Shown here: one piece after another, positions 1 through 12,364 of the stretch
How positions within the stretch are numbered: position 1 is the stretch's first letter
How the letters are laid out: the number at the start of each line of letters is the position of its first letter
Source of the DNA: Lama glama
Lineage: Eukaryota
Direction of reading: 5' to 3'
Assembly (NCBI GenBank): GCA_028534125.1
Contig: CM052817.1
Location: 3,040,001 to 3,104,000 of the forward strand
Length of the DNA stretch: 64,000 nucleotides
Made by a program: the position numbers and the translations under genes
The notes under the pieces: generated by a model
Seen by the model: the letters and a program-made list of their open reading frames with translations, nothing else
Database searches by the model: none
What the model was told of the DNA's origin: nothing

Positions 1-439
1 GACGTGCACGGCCCCTTTGCATTTCTGAATCTCAAAGATAATGTGCTTGTGGGGATCAAGTGAGATAATACACTCAAAATATTTTGTATATCCGAATATA
101 ACTACTTGTTATTCTGAATGCAAATCCCTTTGGCCTGTGTTTGGAGTGTACCAATGGGAGAGGTACGGTAGACCGTGCCCTCGGGTAGGTCTCTGATTCT
201 CCGAGCCTTCGTTTCCCCATCTGTAAGTTGAGAGTTGGGTGAGTTATCTACAGCTGTTTTCCAGTTGTGAGATGCTGTTTTTTATGCAGGACTGTCAGTA
301 GGGATGTGAAGCACCATTTGAGCAGTGGCCTTGAACGATATAGTTGTGTGGACAGCCTGTCCGTGTCATGGGAGGTAGGTGATTTGAACATAGATGGTGA
401 GGAATTAACATCCTCTTCCTCCATGAGCAGAATTTAAAG

Positions 440-690
440 GCAGTGTGATGGTGTAAGAAGCAGAGACGTTGAAATCAAGCAGACCTAGTTACAGTTCCCA
501 CTCTGGTTATTTTTAACTATGTGGCCTTAGGCAAGGACGTAACCTTTCATAGTCTCACTTTCTCCATCTGTCAAATGGTGAAAATAGGGCCTGTCTCGAG
601 GGTTACCGTGAAGGTCAGTCATGATGTGCATGCGGCACTCCCGTATTGCCTGGCACGTGGTGCGCACGTGGGGTGGCCGGACTCCAGGAA
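440..690 (+). mobile_element. MIR SINE (ancient); boundaries approximate
   Basis: MIR core-like text: gtggccttaggcaag...tctcactttctccatctgtcaaatggtgaaaatagg. Confidence 0.7.
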
Positions 691-1619
691 ACAGCTGTGA
701 GGAGCTGCAGCGGCTACGACGCTTTGCCGGGAAAGTGGAAAAGCCTGTGTGGTGACGGCGGCCTTGGCTGGCGGCGGGGAGGAATAGAGACGTGTGGGCA
801 GGTCTTACTCGGCCCTGGAGAAGCAGCCCCTCCGGCCCGAAGGAGAGAGCGTGGGTCAGGCAGTGGAAGAGTTGGATACTGGGCAGGTGGTCCTGGGGAG
901 CACACGGAGAAGGCCGTTCAGAATACATCCGGGGAAACGCTGAATGCCTGGACTCTGATTGCTTGCCCGACCTACAGAGAGCCGGCTCACAGGTGGTAAG
1001 GAAGCGTGATGGCTCCGGAGGGCTCCCCAGATCTTCTGGAAGCCCTGCAGACTTGAGTTGTACGATGCTACACCCTGCTTAGGTGTAGGTGTTTCCTAAG
1101 AGCTTCGTTTATATGCAAATCCCTAGGGCTCTGGTGGGTGACCACCCTTAGATCTTAAGAGAAAAGCTATGTTCATATGAAAGAGTGTTAATCTGAAAAT
1201 TGATTGCAAGAACTTCTCCTTCCTTCCTTGCTTTGGCATCCAGGGGGACCCTTTGTACGTCCTGTCTGGTAGCTGTGGGAGGTGGTCCCCTTTCCCTCAA
1301 CGTGCTTTTGCTGAGTCCATGGTTAGTGTTGAATACTGTGGGGCACCGGAAGGAACCCAGCAATGTCCACAAAGCTGTCCCTCACACCAGGGTTGGCAGT
1401 CCAGTGGGGGAGCTGGACGGCTCAGCACACGGTCATAATGCTCTCGGAGGCACGATGTAGGCTCTGGAGAAACTTCCTGTTCATCTTCCTCATTTTTTCT
1501 GGGACCAGTGTTCTTAGTTTTATTTGACCATTCTATTGCCCATAAAAAAAATTGGCCACAGCCACTCACCAGGCCAGGCTTATCTTAGAAAATAATCCAT
1601 AGAGTAATTATCATAAAAT

Positions 1620-1880
1620 GGTCAAAGCAGGGCCTTTGGACTCAGATCTGTGTTCAGATTCTTTGTTATGTTCTAGCGGGATGGCTGTGAGCAAATGATT
1701 AACTGGAGAGACTTAGCCACTTGCTCACTTAGTAACCTTAGGCAACCTCTCTGAGCCTTAGTTTCTTCACCTGTAAAATGGGCACAAGGCCAGCTTCTAC
1801 CTCATAGGGTTGTTGGGAACACACATGAAGTCATACGTGTAAAGGGACTGGAACAGTGCCCGATGCTTCTGACTGCTGTG
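1620..1880 (+). mobile_element. MIR SINE; boundaries approximate
   Basis: ctctctgagccttagtttcttcacctgtaaaatggg...ctacctcatagggttgttg is the MIR core. Confidence 0.75.
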
Positions 1881-3244
1881 TGAGGATTTGCTTAAAGAAA
1901 AGCAAACAAAGTGGCCCTGGCTTCTTATTCCCCCATACATGGGGACGATCGTGTCTTCGCATCATTATTTTGAGGATTAGATAGTGTCATGTGTAAATGC
2001 CCAGACAACGCCTTTTATGTAACAGGTTCTCTAGGCGCTAGAAGCTGTCAGAGACCAGCAGAGCCTCGTGCCTGCCCTTAACCAGCTGACTAGCTATTTT
2101 GAGGAAAAGACAAAAGCAAAAAGAAACCTTAAGGTCACTAAGCCCCCAGTTATCAGTACAGCTGGTACGAGATGAATGGATTTAGTAATTTCAGACTTTA
2201 GTAGGGAGGAGCCTGTTGGGGATATTGACTTAGGGAAGGCTGGGAGAGAGGGGATGTGAGTCTAGGCATGAGTTCGAAGGGACTGTTAAGGTAAAATGTG
2301 GTTTGTTTAGTCTGTGCAAATTCTGGAAAGGGGGGACCTCTCTAACAATGACAACTCTCTGATTTGGGGATGTTTTGCAGTCTGAGGTGCAAAGAGCTTC
2401 GCTTTGAGAATCTATCTTTTGGTTGCAGTTTCAGGCGAAAACCACACTGTAGCTTAATAAACAATGAAATGAAAACTTATTAGAAGGATGCAGGTGTCTT
2501 GTGGAACTCAAGTGCGGCCCGGTTTCACAGGCAACTGAAAAAAGTCCAGGAAGGTCTCAGGAGTCCGCTCAGTGCCCTGTCTGTCTGATGCTTCCCCGCT
2601 CCCCTCTAGGTGTATCTCTGTGTGCGCCGGGTAGTCACTTTATTCTTTCTTTCTCCATTAGTGACTTTCACCCACTGGCGCACACGTGCCTAAACATGGT
2701 GGCTCCGTGGCTCCTGAGTTCATGTGTCTTCTGGTCAAGAGCTCTCAACTGACTGAGCATTCCTGGTTCCAGGCAGTGTATACAAGAGAGAGAATCTGAT
2801 TGACCAGCTTGGGTTAAGGTGGTCCAATTAATTATGACGTGGGAGCGGGAGGTGGCCTGCAGGGCCTGGTGGTATACATACGGCTGCCAAGAGTCCACCT
2901 AATGGTTAAGGGGGCTGCTTTCTGAGCTGGGGGTACAGGCCAGGCAGGGACCCGGCCTGGAGGGACCTGCATAAAACCTCAGCGGGAACTCTGTAAGGGA
3001 AGCTCAGGCTTAGGATGAGTTGGGACAGATGGCAGTCTTTGGTTCTCTTCAGATATTTTGATGCTGTAGGTGGAACCCAGGTGGAATCCTGCAGGATAAT
3101 ATAATTTGGCTACAAGAGAAGCATTTAATAATAGAGTATACGAATCCGGAGGGAGGATGGGTACTTTGAGTTTAACATAGACCCATAAACATCTTAAACA
3201 TTTTTGCTTATAGCTTTTAGCAGCCCTTTTTGGGACATGGTTGA

Positions 3245-3710
3245 TACTGTTTTTATGGTGGTGAAAGATACGTAGCATAAATTTTACTGTTTTAAACCCT
3301 TTTGAGTATACAATTCAGTGTCATTAAGTCCATTCACATTGTACTGCAACCATCACCACCACCCTCACCTCCAGAACTTCTGTCTTCCCCACTGTAACTC
3401 TGTCCCCATCAAACACTAACTCCCTGTCCACTCAACCCCAGCACCTGCCATCTACCGTCCTCCCGTCTCTATGAGTTTGACAACTCTAGGGACCTCGTAT
3501 AAGTGGAATCATATAGGATTTGGCCTTTTGTGATTGGCTTATTTCACTCAGCATCATGTCCTCAGGGTTCCTCTGTGTCATAGCAAGTGTCAGAGCTTCC
3601 TTCTTTTTTCAGGCTGAATAAGATACCACTGTGTGGATGGACTACATTTCATTTATCCATTCATCCATCAATGGCCATTGAGTTGTCTCTAGTATTATGA
3701 ATAATGCTGG
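3245..3710 (-). mobile_element. Old L1 (L1MB-like) 3' end
   Basis: Characteristic antisense L1M 3' UTR: tacaattcagtgtcattaagtccattcacattg...caaccatcaccacc...tggcttatttcactcagcat. Confidence 0.8.
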
Positions 3711-3793
3711 CCACCCATCATCTTCAGAGTATAGATGAGATTATTTTCTATTTAGAATCATCAAGAAATTGTTTTCCTAATGAAAAAGATCTT

Positions 3794-4031
3794 TTTTTTA
3801 ACATTTTTTATTGATTTATAATCATTTTACAATGTTGTGTCAAATTCCAGTGTTCAGATCTTTTTTTTTTTTTTTTGCAGCTTAAAACAACAGAAATTTA
3901 TTATCTCACTGTTATGTAAGTCAGAAGTCTTAAGTTGGCTCTGCTGGTTTCTCTGCTCTGGATTTTATTTTACTTTATTTTATTTAACATTTTTTAATTG
4001 AGTTATAGTCATTTTACAATGTTGTGTCAAA
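3794..4031 (-). mobile_element. Young compound L1 insertion: two short L1 3' ends plus an MLT-LTR-like transduced segment, flanked by a 17-bp TSD
   Basis: Exact direct repeat ctaatgaaaaagatctt at 3777-3793 and 4032-4048; two copies of cattttacaatgttgtgtcaaa; T16 tract at 3861-3876. Confidence 0.85.
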
Positions 4032-4278
4032 CTAATGAAAAAGATCTTAAAGGCTAACTTAGCAAAGCCTCTTCATTTCAGAGAGGGAAGCTTCGGAAGT
4101 TACCCAGTTAGGAAAAGGGAGCATCCTACGCCACGTCGCCTCTGAACTCATTTGCCATTTCTCTGCCTACTAGTCTAGAATTATGAGAGCTTTGGTAGTT
4201 AGAGGAGGGTGGCCTCAGAATCTTTCTCTGGAGGGTCTTGTAGCCTTGTAGAAAATTAGGCTGGGGAGTTTCACAGAC

Positions 4279-5578
4279 CAGTGCTTCTTGAACATTTTTC
4301 CTTAGAACTTTTTGGTCTCAAAATATATATTGAGGACCCCAAAGTGCTTTTATAATGTAGTTATATCTGTAGATATTTATTATATTAGAATTTAAAACTT
4401 TAAAAAGGTTTTTAAAGAGATTTATTAATATGTTTATGAAATGTAACTGCATTTACCAAAACGAGATAATCCACGAAAGAGTAGCATTGTTTTATATTTA
4501 TACGAGGCTCTTCAGTATCAGGCTTAACGGAAGCGAGCTGGGGTCTCACGTCCATTTCTGCCTGCAGATTGTTGTGAAACATTGTTTTAGTGGAAGCGCA
4601 CACAGTCTGGCCTGACACACACATGTGCGTGGAAGAGGAGAGTATGTTAGTGCCTTTTCAGGTATTGTGAATACCCTTTGACACTATACCGAAACTCAAC
4701 AAGCAGTAGTTTGTTCAAGGCTACTTGTGACGTGGGCTCTGAAGCTGGGTCAGAGACCACTTCATGCCGTTTTACGTTAGGATGTTTCAGCTTATTTTGC
4801 GCATTAGTCCGCTCTTCACCCGCGTGTGATTTTATGATGTCTTGGTTCCCCGAGCTGTGCAGGTCTCCAGATGCTGACACACGGCGGCATGCAGCAGCAG
4901 GAGATCTTCTTTCTCACTTTTTCTCACTTGCAGGAGTCTCTGTTGAGAAGCCGTCAGGCTCCTCGTGGTGGATACACGTGTTCGAAATTCTTACTTTCAC
5001 TTGCAAGTTCAAATTTTATCATTGGCAACAAATGCTGTCATTCTTTATCTTGACGGGATAAGCTTGCTTTGTTCTTCAGAACATGTCCGTCACAGACTCC
5101 GGTCTGAGTGACTGTAGCTTGCCTATCATCTCTTCTTCGTGCTGCGTGAAGAAGGGGGCCTAGCGCGACTCGCCGCCCAGACAGCAGCGCGCGCTTCTCT
5201 GCCGGCCGGGGAGGCGCCTCGCGCACGCCCGTCCCCACGCCGCGGTCAGGCGGGGGGCCGCCAGGGCTGAGATCTGACGCAGCAGTGATTTGTGCTGCTC
5301 CATCAAAGACACTCGAGTGAAAGTAGCATTTAAAACTTTATTCACTTTTTTTTGACTGCTAGTATAGAAGTGAAGAATACAGCGGCCGCTAGTGTAGTTT
5401 GGTGTCACTGCTTTGATGGGTGCTAAGATGCCAGCAGTTTAATCACCCTTTCATTTGCACTACTAGTGCAAGAAAAGGTGAATAACATCATAGTGTCCTG
5501 AGACGAGTTTGACCTCGTGGACGCTCTGAAAGGGTTTTGGCATCACTCAGAGGTTTACACCGTGTGTAAAAATTGCTG
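4279..5578 (-). mobile_element. hAT DNA transposon, Charlie1a-like, near full length
   Basis: Degenerate terminal inverted repeats (cagtgcttcttgaac ... aaaattgctg); body is reverse-complement similar to the copy at 57165-58526. Confidence 0.8.
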
Positions 5579-6221
5579 ACACCAGCTGCGTAGTCCAGCC
5601 TCGTGGCTGTCAGAGGGAAGGGCTGCCGTAATCCCAGAAAGAAGAGACATGTTGGACGCCAGGACCAGAACTTAGGTCACAGTCCTCCCTGACACCCACC
5701 CCGCGTCTTTGTTGTAGCTGGATAAACATGCTCACAGTCTTCCTGGGGAGGGAGCCAGCCCTGCAAAAGCAGAGAGTTGAGTGTTGAATTTCCGAAATCA
5801 CACCCTAGTGGTTATTTGAAAACACTTTGGCATTTTAAACTCCCACCTCCTTCTTGACATTGAAATTTAATATCATGCAGTTGGCACCAGACAATGACGT
5901 CAGGCCCTCAGGTCTCTGCTCCGTTTGTCGGCAGCCTGGCTCTGGAGCGCCTCCCAGCTGGGTATCCTCACCTCAAAGCAAAAGCGAAGGAAAGAGTGGC
6001 ATGTTTATCTAGGAGATGGTGCATGAATCTTTTAGATGACCTGGTTTCAACTATCTTGTTTTTCATGTTGGAAAACAGTATTCAAACCTAAGCTAAAAGA
6101 GAAATGCTTTGCATACAATTTAGCATTCATATTTTGACATCTGCAAATTGGGGTCAACCAACCTCATCAGTTAGAGAGCAGTGTAAACACTCACGTATCT
6201 TTCTTCTCTTTGTTTTCAGCA

Positions 6222-6348
6222 ATGGAAGAGTTAATAGTTGAACTTCGTCTCTTTCTTGAACTCCTGGACCACGAATATCTAACATCAACTGTCCGGGAGA
6301 AGAAGGCAGTTATCACAGACATCCTGCTGAGGATACAGTCATCCAGAG
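6222..6348 (+). CDS. AFAP1: AFAP1 coding exon 1 (ATG at 6222; exon starts at 6220): [43 protein letters not shown]
   Basis: Translation matches the AFAP1 N-terminus as I recall it. Pyrimidine tract plus ttttcag acceptor ends at 6219; donor AG|GTGCGG at 6349; 127 nt, ends phase 1. Confidence 0.97.
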
Positions 6349-6556
6349 GTGCGGCTCCTTCAGGCTTCTCCTTTCTCTTCTTCTGGTCTCTTGTTGCCTC
6401 TAAGCCACCTTTGATTCTACTGTCTTTCTAAAAAGCACTCATGAATGAGCTTCTTCATTCATCCAGTTGTCGCCGAAGGCCTTACGAGGTGCCACATACT
6501 GTGTTTGTCACCGGGTTTAGAAAGATAAAGCCTTAAGGATCCAATGGAATAGTGGG

Positions 6557-7611
6557 TGTGTTGGGGGGCTCCCTACGAGCACCCCAACACTGGGAGATCC
6601 ACTAGCATGTTCTTGTACTTTCTCATGCCCAGGGTTTGTTACAGAGGTGGTAAGGATGTACAGCCAGGCTATAGGGGAGGAGACTCAGGCCGAGCCTGGA
6701 GGATCCCGCAGACAGCCCTCCTTCTGCTCTGCCTCCCCGGAGGGTCACACAGATCACACTCTTTCCTCAGCAACAAAACACAGTGGCCTGTGTGTGATGT
6801 TTCTGTTCAGGAAAGCTCGCCAGAGACTCAGTGCCGAAGGGCTTTAGGGGGCTGGTCACATAGCACCCTCAGCCTGGCATGTGCCAAAGTCCCAGGCTCC
6901 CAGAAAAGCAGGTTTACCAGTCAGAGTTCCCCAGAGACGCAGAACCAGCAGGACAGAGGGGTGCGGAGAGAGGAAGAGGAGGCTTACTCTGGGGATTGGT
7001 TCATATGCTTATGGAAGCTGAGCAGTCCCATGATCTGCTCCCTGCAAGCTGGAGGCCCAGGAAGGCCAGTGGTGTCATTCAGTCCCAGTCTGAAGGCCTG
7101 AGAGTCGGGCGGGGGGCTGATGGTGTACGTCCTGATCAGAGGACTGAAGGCGCCAGTGTCCGAGGAGGAAGGCAGAGGATGGGTGTCCTGGCTCGAGCAG
7201 AGAGAGGGAGTTCACCTTTCCCTGGCCTTTTTCTATTCAGACCCTCGACAGATTGCATGATGCACCCCAACGTTGGGGAGGGCCAGCCCCTTTACTAAGT
7301 CCACCCATTCACATGCTAATCTCTTCCAGAAACATTCTCACAGATACACCCAGCAATCACATCCTGCCAGCTCTCTGAGCATCTCTGAGCCCAGTCCAAT
7401 TGTCACACAAAATTAACCATCCCAGCAGGTGTCTGGCATAAATCATATTGTTTGCTCGGTCTACGCAGAATCAACCAACCTCATCAATTAGGGAGCAGTG
7501 GGAACACTTCTGAAATCCACGTTCCCAGATGCCAGCCAAGGACCAACTTTGCCATCAGGGCCTTGTAAAGACAGTAGCCTCAGGCCCTCTGTGTTCCCTC
7601 TTTTGTGCACA
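6557..7611. mobile_element. MER21-like LTR interrupted by an MLT2 LTR
   Basis: agagactcagtgcc...gggggctggtcacatagcaccctc...; resumes after 7424 with tgtctggcataaatcatattg...ttttgtgcaca. Confidence 0.7.
6913..7424. mobile_element. MLT2-type (ERVL) solo LTR with 5-bp TSD gcagg
   Basis: MLT2 hallmarks agagacgcagaacca, tatggaagctgagcagtcccatgatctgc and aaattaaccatccca; gcagg at 6908-6912 and 7425-7429. Confidence 0.85.
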
Positions 7612-9313
7612 GTATGTAAGACGGAATAGCTGGGCGAGAGCATCAGAGTGCTGGCGGGCACCTCAGAGAGGAACCCCAAGCAGCGCAGCGAGGGACAGTG
7701 GGGGAGGGGCTGGGGATCTTGAAGGCTCGGTAGGAGACAGCTGGATGAGATGTAGAGGTTTATTTTAAACAGCTTTATTGGGATATAATTCACCCACCGT
7801 GCACTTCCCCCATTTGAACGTACAGTTCTTTGGTTTTCAGTGTACGAGGCCATGATACAACACAGGTAGGTTTGCGTTCCAGAAAGCTTGCTCGTCAGTC
7901 TGCGCAGCGGGCTGAGGATCCAGTAGCAGACTGGACGAGAGCTGCATGAGGTCCTGGGTGGATGGTGGGACCAGTCGCTGAGACGGCGTGCAGGGTGAGG
8001 ATCGTGTTCTGGGGGCGGTAGTTTAGAGAGAGCCAGTGGGAGAGGGGACAGAGGTGGAATGTTCACCTTTGAATGACGTTGCTGCTTCCCTGCCTGGACT
8101 CTTTCGTTACCTACCGTTGTCCATGGATGAACCGCGGCCCTCGGGCTGCCTACGAGGCCCTTCATGACGTGTGGTCACGCGTGTCTACTGTAAAGTCAAA
8201 CTGCCTTTGTTTCTATCTCTGCCCATCTCCCAGCCTGTGACCTCGCGCTGTGAAGCACTTCCAGTGCCTGACACATCGCAGACGCTCCGCAACTGCTGGC
8301 GGTTATTTCCTCCCATTGCCTTTGTTTTTAGAGGTGGCGCTTCTCTCAGCCGCCCCGCCCCCCCGCGTGCACCCGCCTCTCGGCCACGTCAGACTGCCGG
8401 TCTGAACACCCCACAGTTTGGGCCTCTGGCCTCAGAAGTTGCTGTTTTCTTTCCCCGATTTCCCTTTTTCTCTTCCTCTGTCCCCTTTCTCTCCACACTT
8501 CATTCTGGATGTAGTGACTGTTATTTTTCCAGTTCACTAATGTTCTCTTCAGCTCTTTATACACCTAAAACTCATCCACTGAGTGTTTTGATGGTCGTTT
8601 CCATTTGTTTCCTTCCTTCTCTCCCTCCCTGTCTCTCTTTTCTTTCTTTCATCGTTTCCAGCCCTCTGCCAGGCTGCCGGTGTCTGTTGTAGCCGCCACA
8701 GGTCAGGGCTTTTTCTCCCCGCAGCCTGTAGCATCGTGTTGGACCTGTTGTAGATGATCATTGTTGAGTGATCATTTTTCTGAGGCTTTCCAGGTGAACT
8801 CTTGGCATATAAATAATACTTCGCTGCCTTCACTGGTACAGCGCTCACCACGGTTTCTGAGAGTCCACTGCTTATATGTGTGTCTTCCCAGCTTGAACAT
8901 GATGCCCTGAGGGTACTAGCTTACATCAGGCAGTACAGACTTTTGATTCCCAGGAAGGCACCTGCCCCCTTAGTACGTGGGTGAGTTCTGACCTGAGCAG
9001 CAGTTCAGAAGAGGCAGCTTGCGAGGCAGCTTGCCTTTGAGAGGCTGCCCGCAGAGGGGACAGTGTAGACTTTGGTGCCGGCCCCATTATTTCTACCTGG
9101 TAATGTTTCAGTTAAGTTCTTTAACCTGTTTTTTTCAGCCATAGATCCTCACCTGCAGAATGGAGAAGAATACCTACCTTGCAGGATTGCTGTAAAGAAT
9201 TAGGGAAGATGAATGTTTGCAGAGTATTCATTGTGGGCCGAGGAGGTGATGGCCGCTAGTGGCGCTGTCCTTCTCCTCCTGCTCATCCGGTTCTGTGGTT
9301 TCACTTGATACAG

Positions 9314-9411
9314 GTTTTGAAGTGAAAGATCATGCTGCAAAGCCGGAGACCCCCAACAGCCTGCCGGCCCCTCCCCAGATGCCTCTGCCAGAGATCCCGC
9401 AGCCGTGGCTG
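9314..9411 (+). CDS. AFAP1: AFAP1 coding exon 2: (G)[32 protein letters not shown], proline-rich SH3-binding region
   Basis: Acceptor tacag|, donor CTG|GTGAGT; 98 nt, in frame with the previous exon. Not in the ORF track; read directly from the sequence. Confidence 0.96.
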
Positions 9412-11019
9412 GTGAGTTAAAGTCTCACCCTCACAGAATCACTGGATGCCCGGGTCACTTTCGGTTCTAGGGGCAGGTGATAGAAGCCCAGTTTGGGGAG
9501 AAGGGAGGCCCCGTTTTGCCCAAGACACACTGACTGTGGTTTTGGGGCTGCTAGTAATAGCTAAGTGGGAGGCTGTAAATGCAGCCTTCCTTTCAGAGGC
9601 TGGTGTTTCTTTGAAAATTGCTGGAGCTGCATGTCCGTGGAAATCAAATTAAATCGGATTTTTAAAAATTAGATGATTCAGCAGGCAAAACAATGATAGT
9701 GGAGACTTGCCCCTCTTTCTGGGTTAACTCTGAACTTGAATAACTTAGTGTGAAACTTTAACATTCATTGTTCATGCTGTTTCTGGGATTAAATATCCTT
9801 TCCCCCCCCTTTTTTTCCCCAGAAGAAAAATATATACATAGTCCAGGAATGTGTGTTTTATTTGATTTTCTGCATTCAACATTTGTTTTGGAGTTCTTTT
9901 GCTATTTTTGCAATCTGGTGATACTCACGTAAGCCATTTTTCATAGACCATTCAGCTTTTTCTGCCTTTTGCTGTTTTCTGATTTGCTTGCTCAGGGAAA
10001 TTAGACTTTCATTCAAAATGAGAGCAAAATCAGCTACTTAGGAACTCTCTAATACTGGCTTTCTGTGTGTGTCGTCTGCTTCTCTCTGTACCAGGAGGAG
10101 AGCTGCCGGGGAGCAGGGCCACATCTCACTTGTTTCTGTCCTGCCTGGGCCCCAGCGTGTGGCTTGTGTCCAGTATGTACCCAGTCGTCATTTTAGAGGG
10201 GACAGAAGGAAACTGGCACTTCTTGGGTTCCTACCACCTATCACAGATCATGTTTGCTATTTTTCACTTATAATTTCATTTAACCCTCACAACTTGACCT
10301 CAAAGAACCCCTAAAATGCCTCTAAACATGTGAATAGTGTGTATATCCATTTTCCAGAAAAAGAAATGTGGGTTCAGTGAAGATACGTTAGTGCTCAAGG
10401 TTGGATAGTAAGTGGGGAAGGCAAAAGGTGTAACCTGTTCTTTTGATTTCAAGTCAGCCTTTTCTCTGTGATACTGTTTGGGGAGGCGTGTCGGCAAAGC
10501 CGATGCCACCGTGACTCACGGATCTGAGAAGACTTTGTTAGGAGCTATAAGCTGTCCCTGAGCTGGGATCTCCTGAGGTAGCAGGGTCCGGGGTGCAGAC
10601 TGGGGAGCACGGCTGCCCACTTCCAGGTCCCAGCACTGCCATTACTTGTACGATTTCAGACTGTCCCTTGAACTCTGTGCCCGAGAGGCCTCATTTCTAA
10701 AGCGAGTATAATAATAGTACCTGCTTAGGGAGACTGTGTGAGGATTGAAAGAGCTGGTATCACCTCGAGTGCTTAGGGTGTGTGCCTCGCGTGCCGTGAG
10801 CCCCGCCAGTGCTGGCTGGTGCTTCTCAGACTTCCGGGGAGCTCGTTAAAATGAGCATTTGGACCCGCTAGGTCTGCACGGGGCCTTAGATGCTGCATTT
10901 CTAAGAAGATCACTGTAGAAAGTCGGTTGAAAAAAAAACCTAAGAAAAAAGTCAACTATATCCCTTCTTCCCAGGAAGTTGCTGTTCTCATTCAGGCATG
11001 TTTTCTTTGAGCCTCCAGG

Positions 11020-11290
11020 GCAGGGACCACCAGCCTCAGGTGGCCACGGAGCACTTGCGGTGTGGCCCCCTCAAACTGAGATGTGCCGTATGCCTCAAGT
11101 ACACACTGGATGCGGGGGCTTATGGGAAAGAGGATGTAGAGGATCTCAGGAAGTTTTACGTTGATAACATGTGAATTATATTTTGGATATATTGAGTTAA
11201 AGAGGATGTGTTAGTAAAATCAATTTCATCAATTTCTGTGGCCACTAGAAAAATTTAAATTACATGTATAGCCCACATTTGCATTTTCTT
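11020..11290 (-). mobile_element. MER33-like hAT MITE
   Basis: aactgagatgtgccgta...ttttggatatattgagttaaa...gtggccactagaaaaatttaaattacat resembles the recalled MER33 consensus. Confidence 0.7.
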
Positions 11291-12364
11291 TAGTTTTATA
11301 CATTTTCTTTCCACTGTGGAGAGCATAAGATTTTTATGTACTGTTTTAATTTTTTTGGACTTTATGTATTTTTCCTTCTTTATAAACTTCTTTTGAATTA
11401 TTGTTTTCGTTTTTTTAATAAAAAAACATCGTGTTTGTTGTAGGAACTATGACTTGATTAGCTTTTTTTCATTATCTCATTTGATGTTTTTAGATATAAT
11501 ACAGAATTACAGCCCAGAAGTCTATGTCAGTGGTATTAATCCTATTTACTGATATATTGTGTATCTACAAGATAAAGAACTAGATGAGAAATCAGTAGTA
11601 CGTGAATGTCCTGGTTTTTGTGTTCTGGTTTACTCTCATTTTTCTTTCTAAACCACCTTTGTGATACACCTTAATATGCCGTGCCTTGTACCTCACCACC
11701 TCATTTCAGGTCGGGAAAGGCATTCCAGGACTGAAGGTGAGATGCAGATGAGATGCAGACATCTAGAGGCAGTCAGAGGGTGGGGGTGGTCATATGAATG
11801 TCGTGCCTCCAATTTAATGCTGCACAGAGTGCCAGCCATCCGGCCTGGACTAAAATACGTGTCCCCGACGTGCCGGGCCAGGCGGAGTGGATATCGGCCT
11901 CAGTGCCATTTCGGACAAAGAATACTTTGGGATGGTCAACGCTTTGTACTATTTTTGACCACAGAATAGTCAGTCCATTTCTTTGGACTTTTCCTCAGAT
12001 GCGGTTTCTTCCTCGTTCCCTCCCTTCTCTCCCTCTTCTGCCTGTGCCTTCCACTCTCCCCAGTCGTGCTCTGCCCCGTCTCTGGCTGCAGGGCAGCAGG
12101 CTGCCGTGCTTTCAGGTGGACGAGCGGCCCTCCCGCTGAGGGAGTCACAGCTGACGGCTGGTTCGTGAGAAATGCTGGTTTAGGTGGGGAGTTCTAAAGA
12201 GATGTGCATGTGCTTTAGGTATGTTGAGTTTAAACAAATCATTTTTGAGTAGGAGTTTGACCAATGGGTAATTTCTCCCAACTGGTGCCTAAACATGGAT
12301 GTCAGGAGGGTCCTCCCTAAGCCTCCAAGCCACGCTGTTCCTTGGGGTAGATCACTGAGGTCTC

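Noticed and set aside
4279..5578. Possible domesticated hAT transposase gene
   Set aside because: No long open frame in either Charlie copy; non-autonomous and decayed.
7488..8165. 225-aa minus-strand ORF
   Set aside because: Runs across LTR and L1 fragments; no coding signature.
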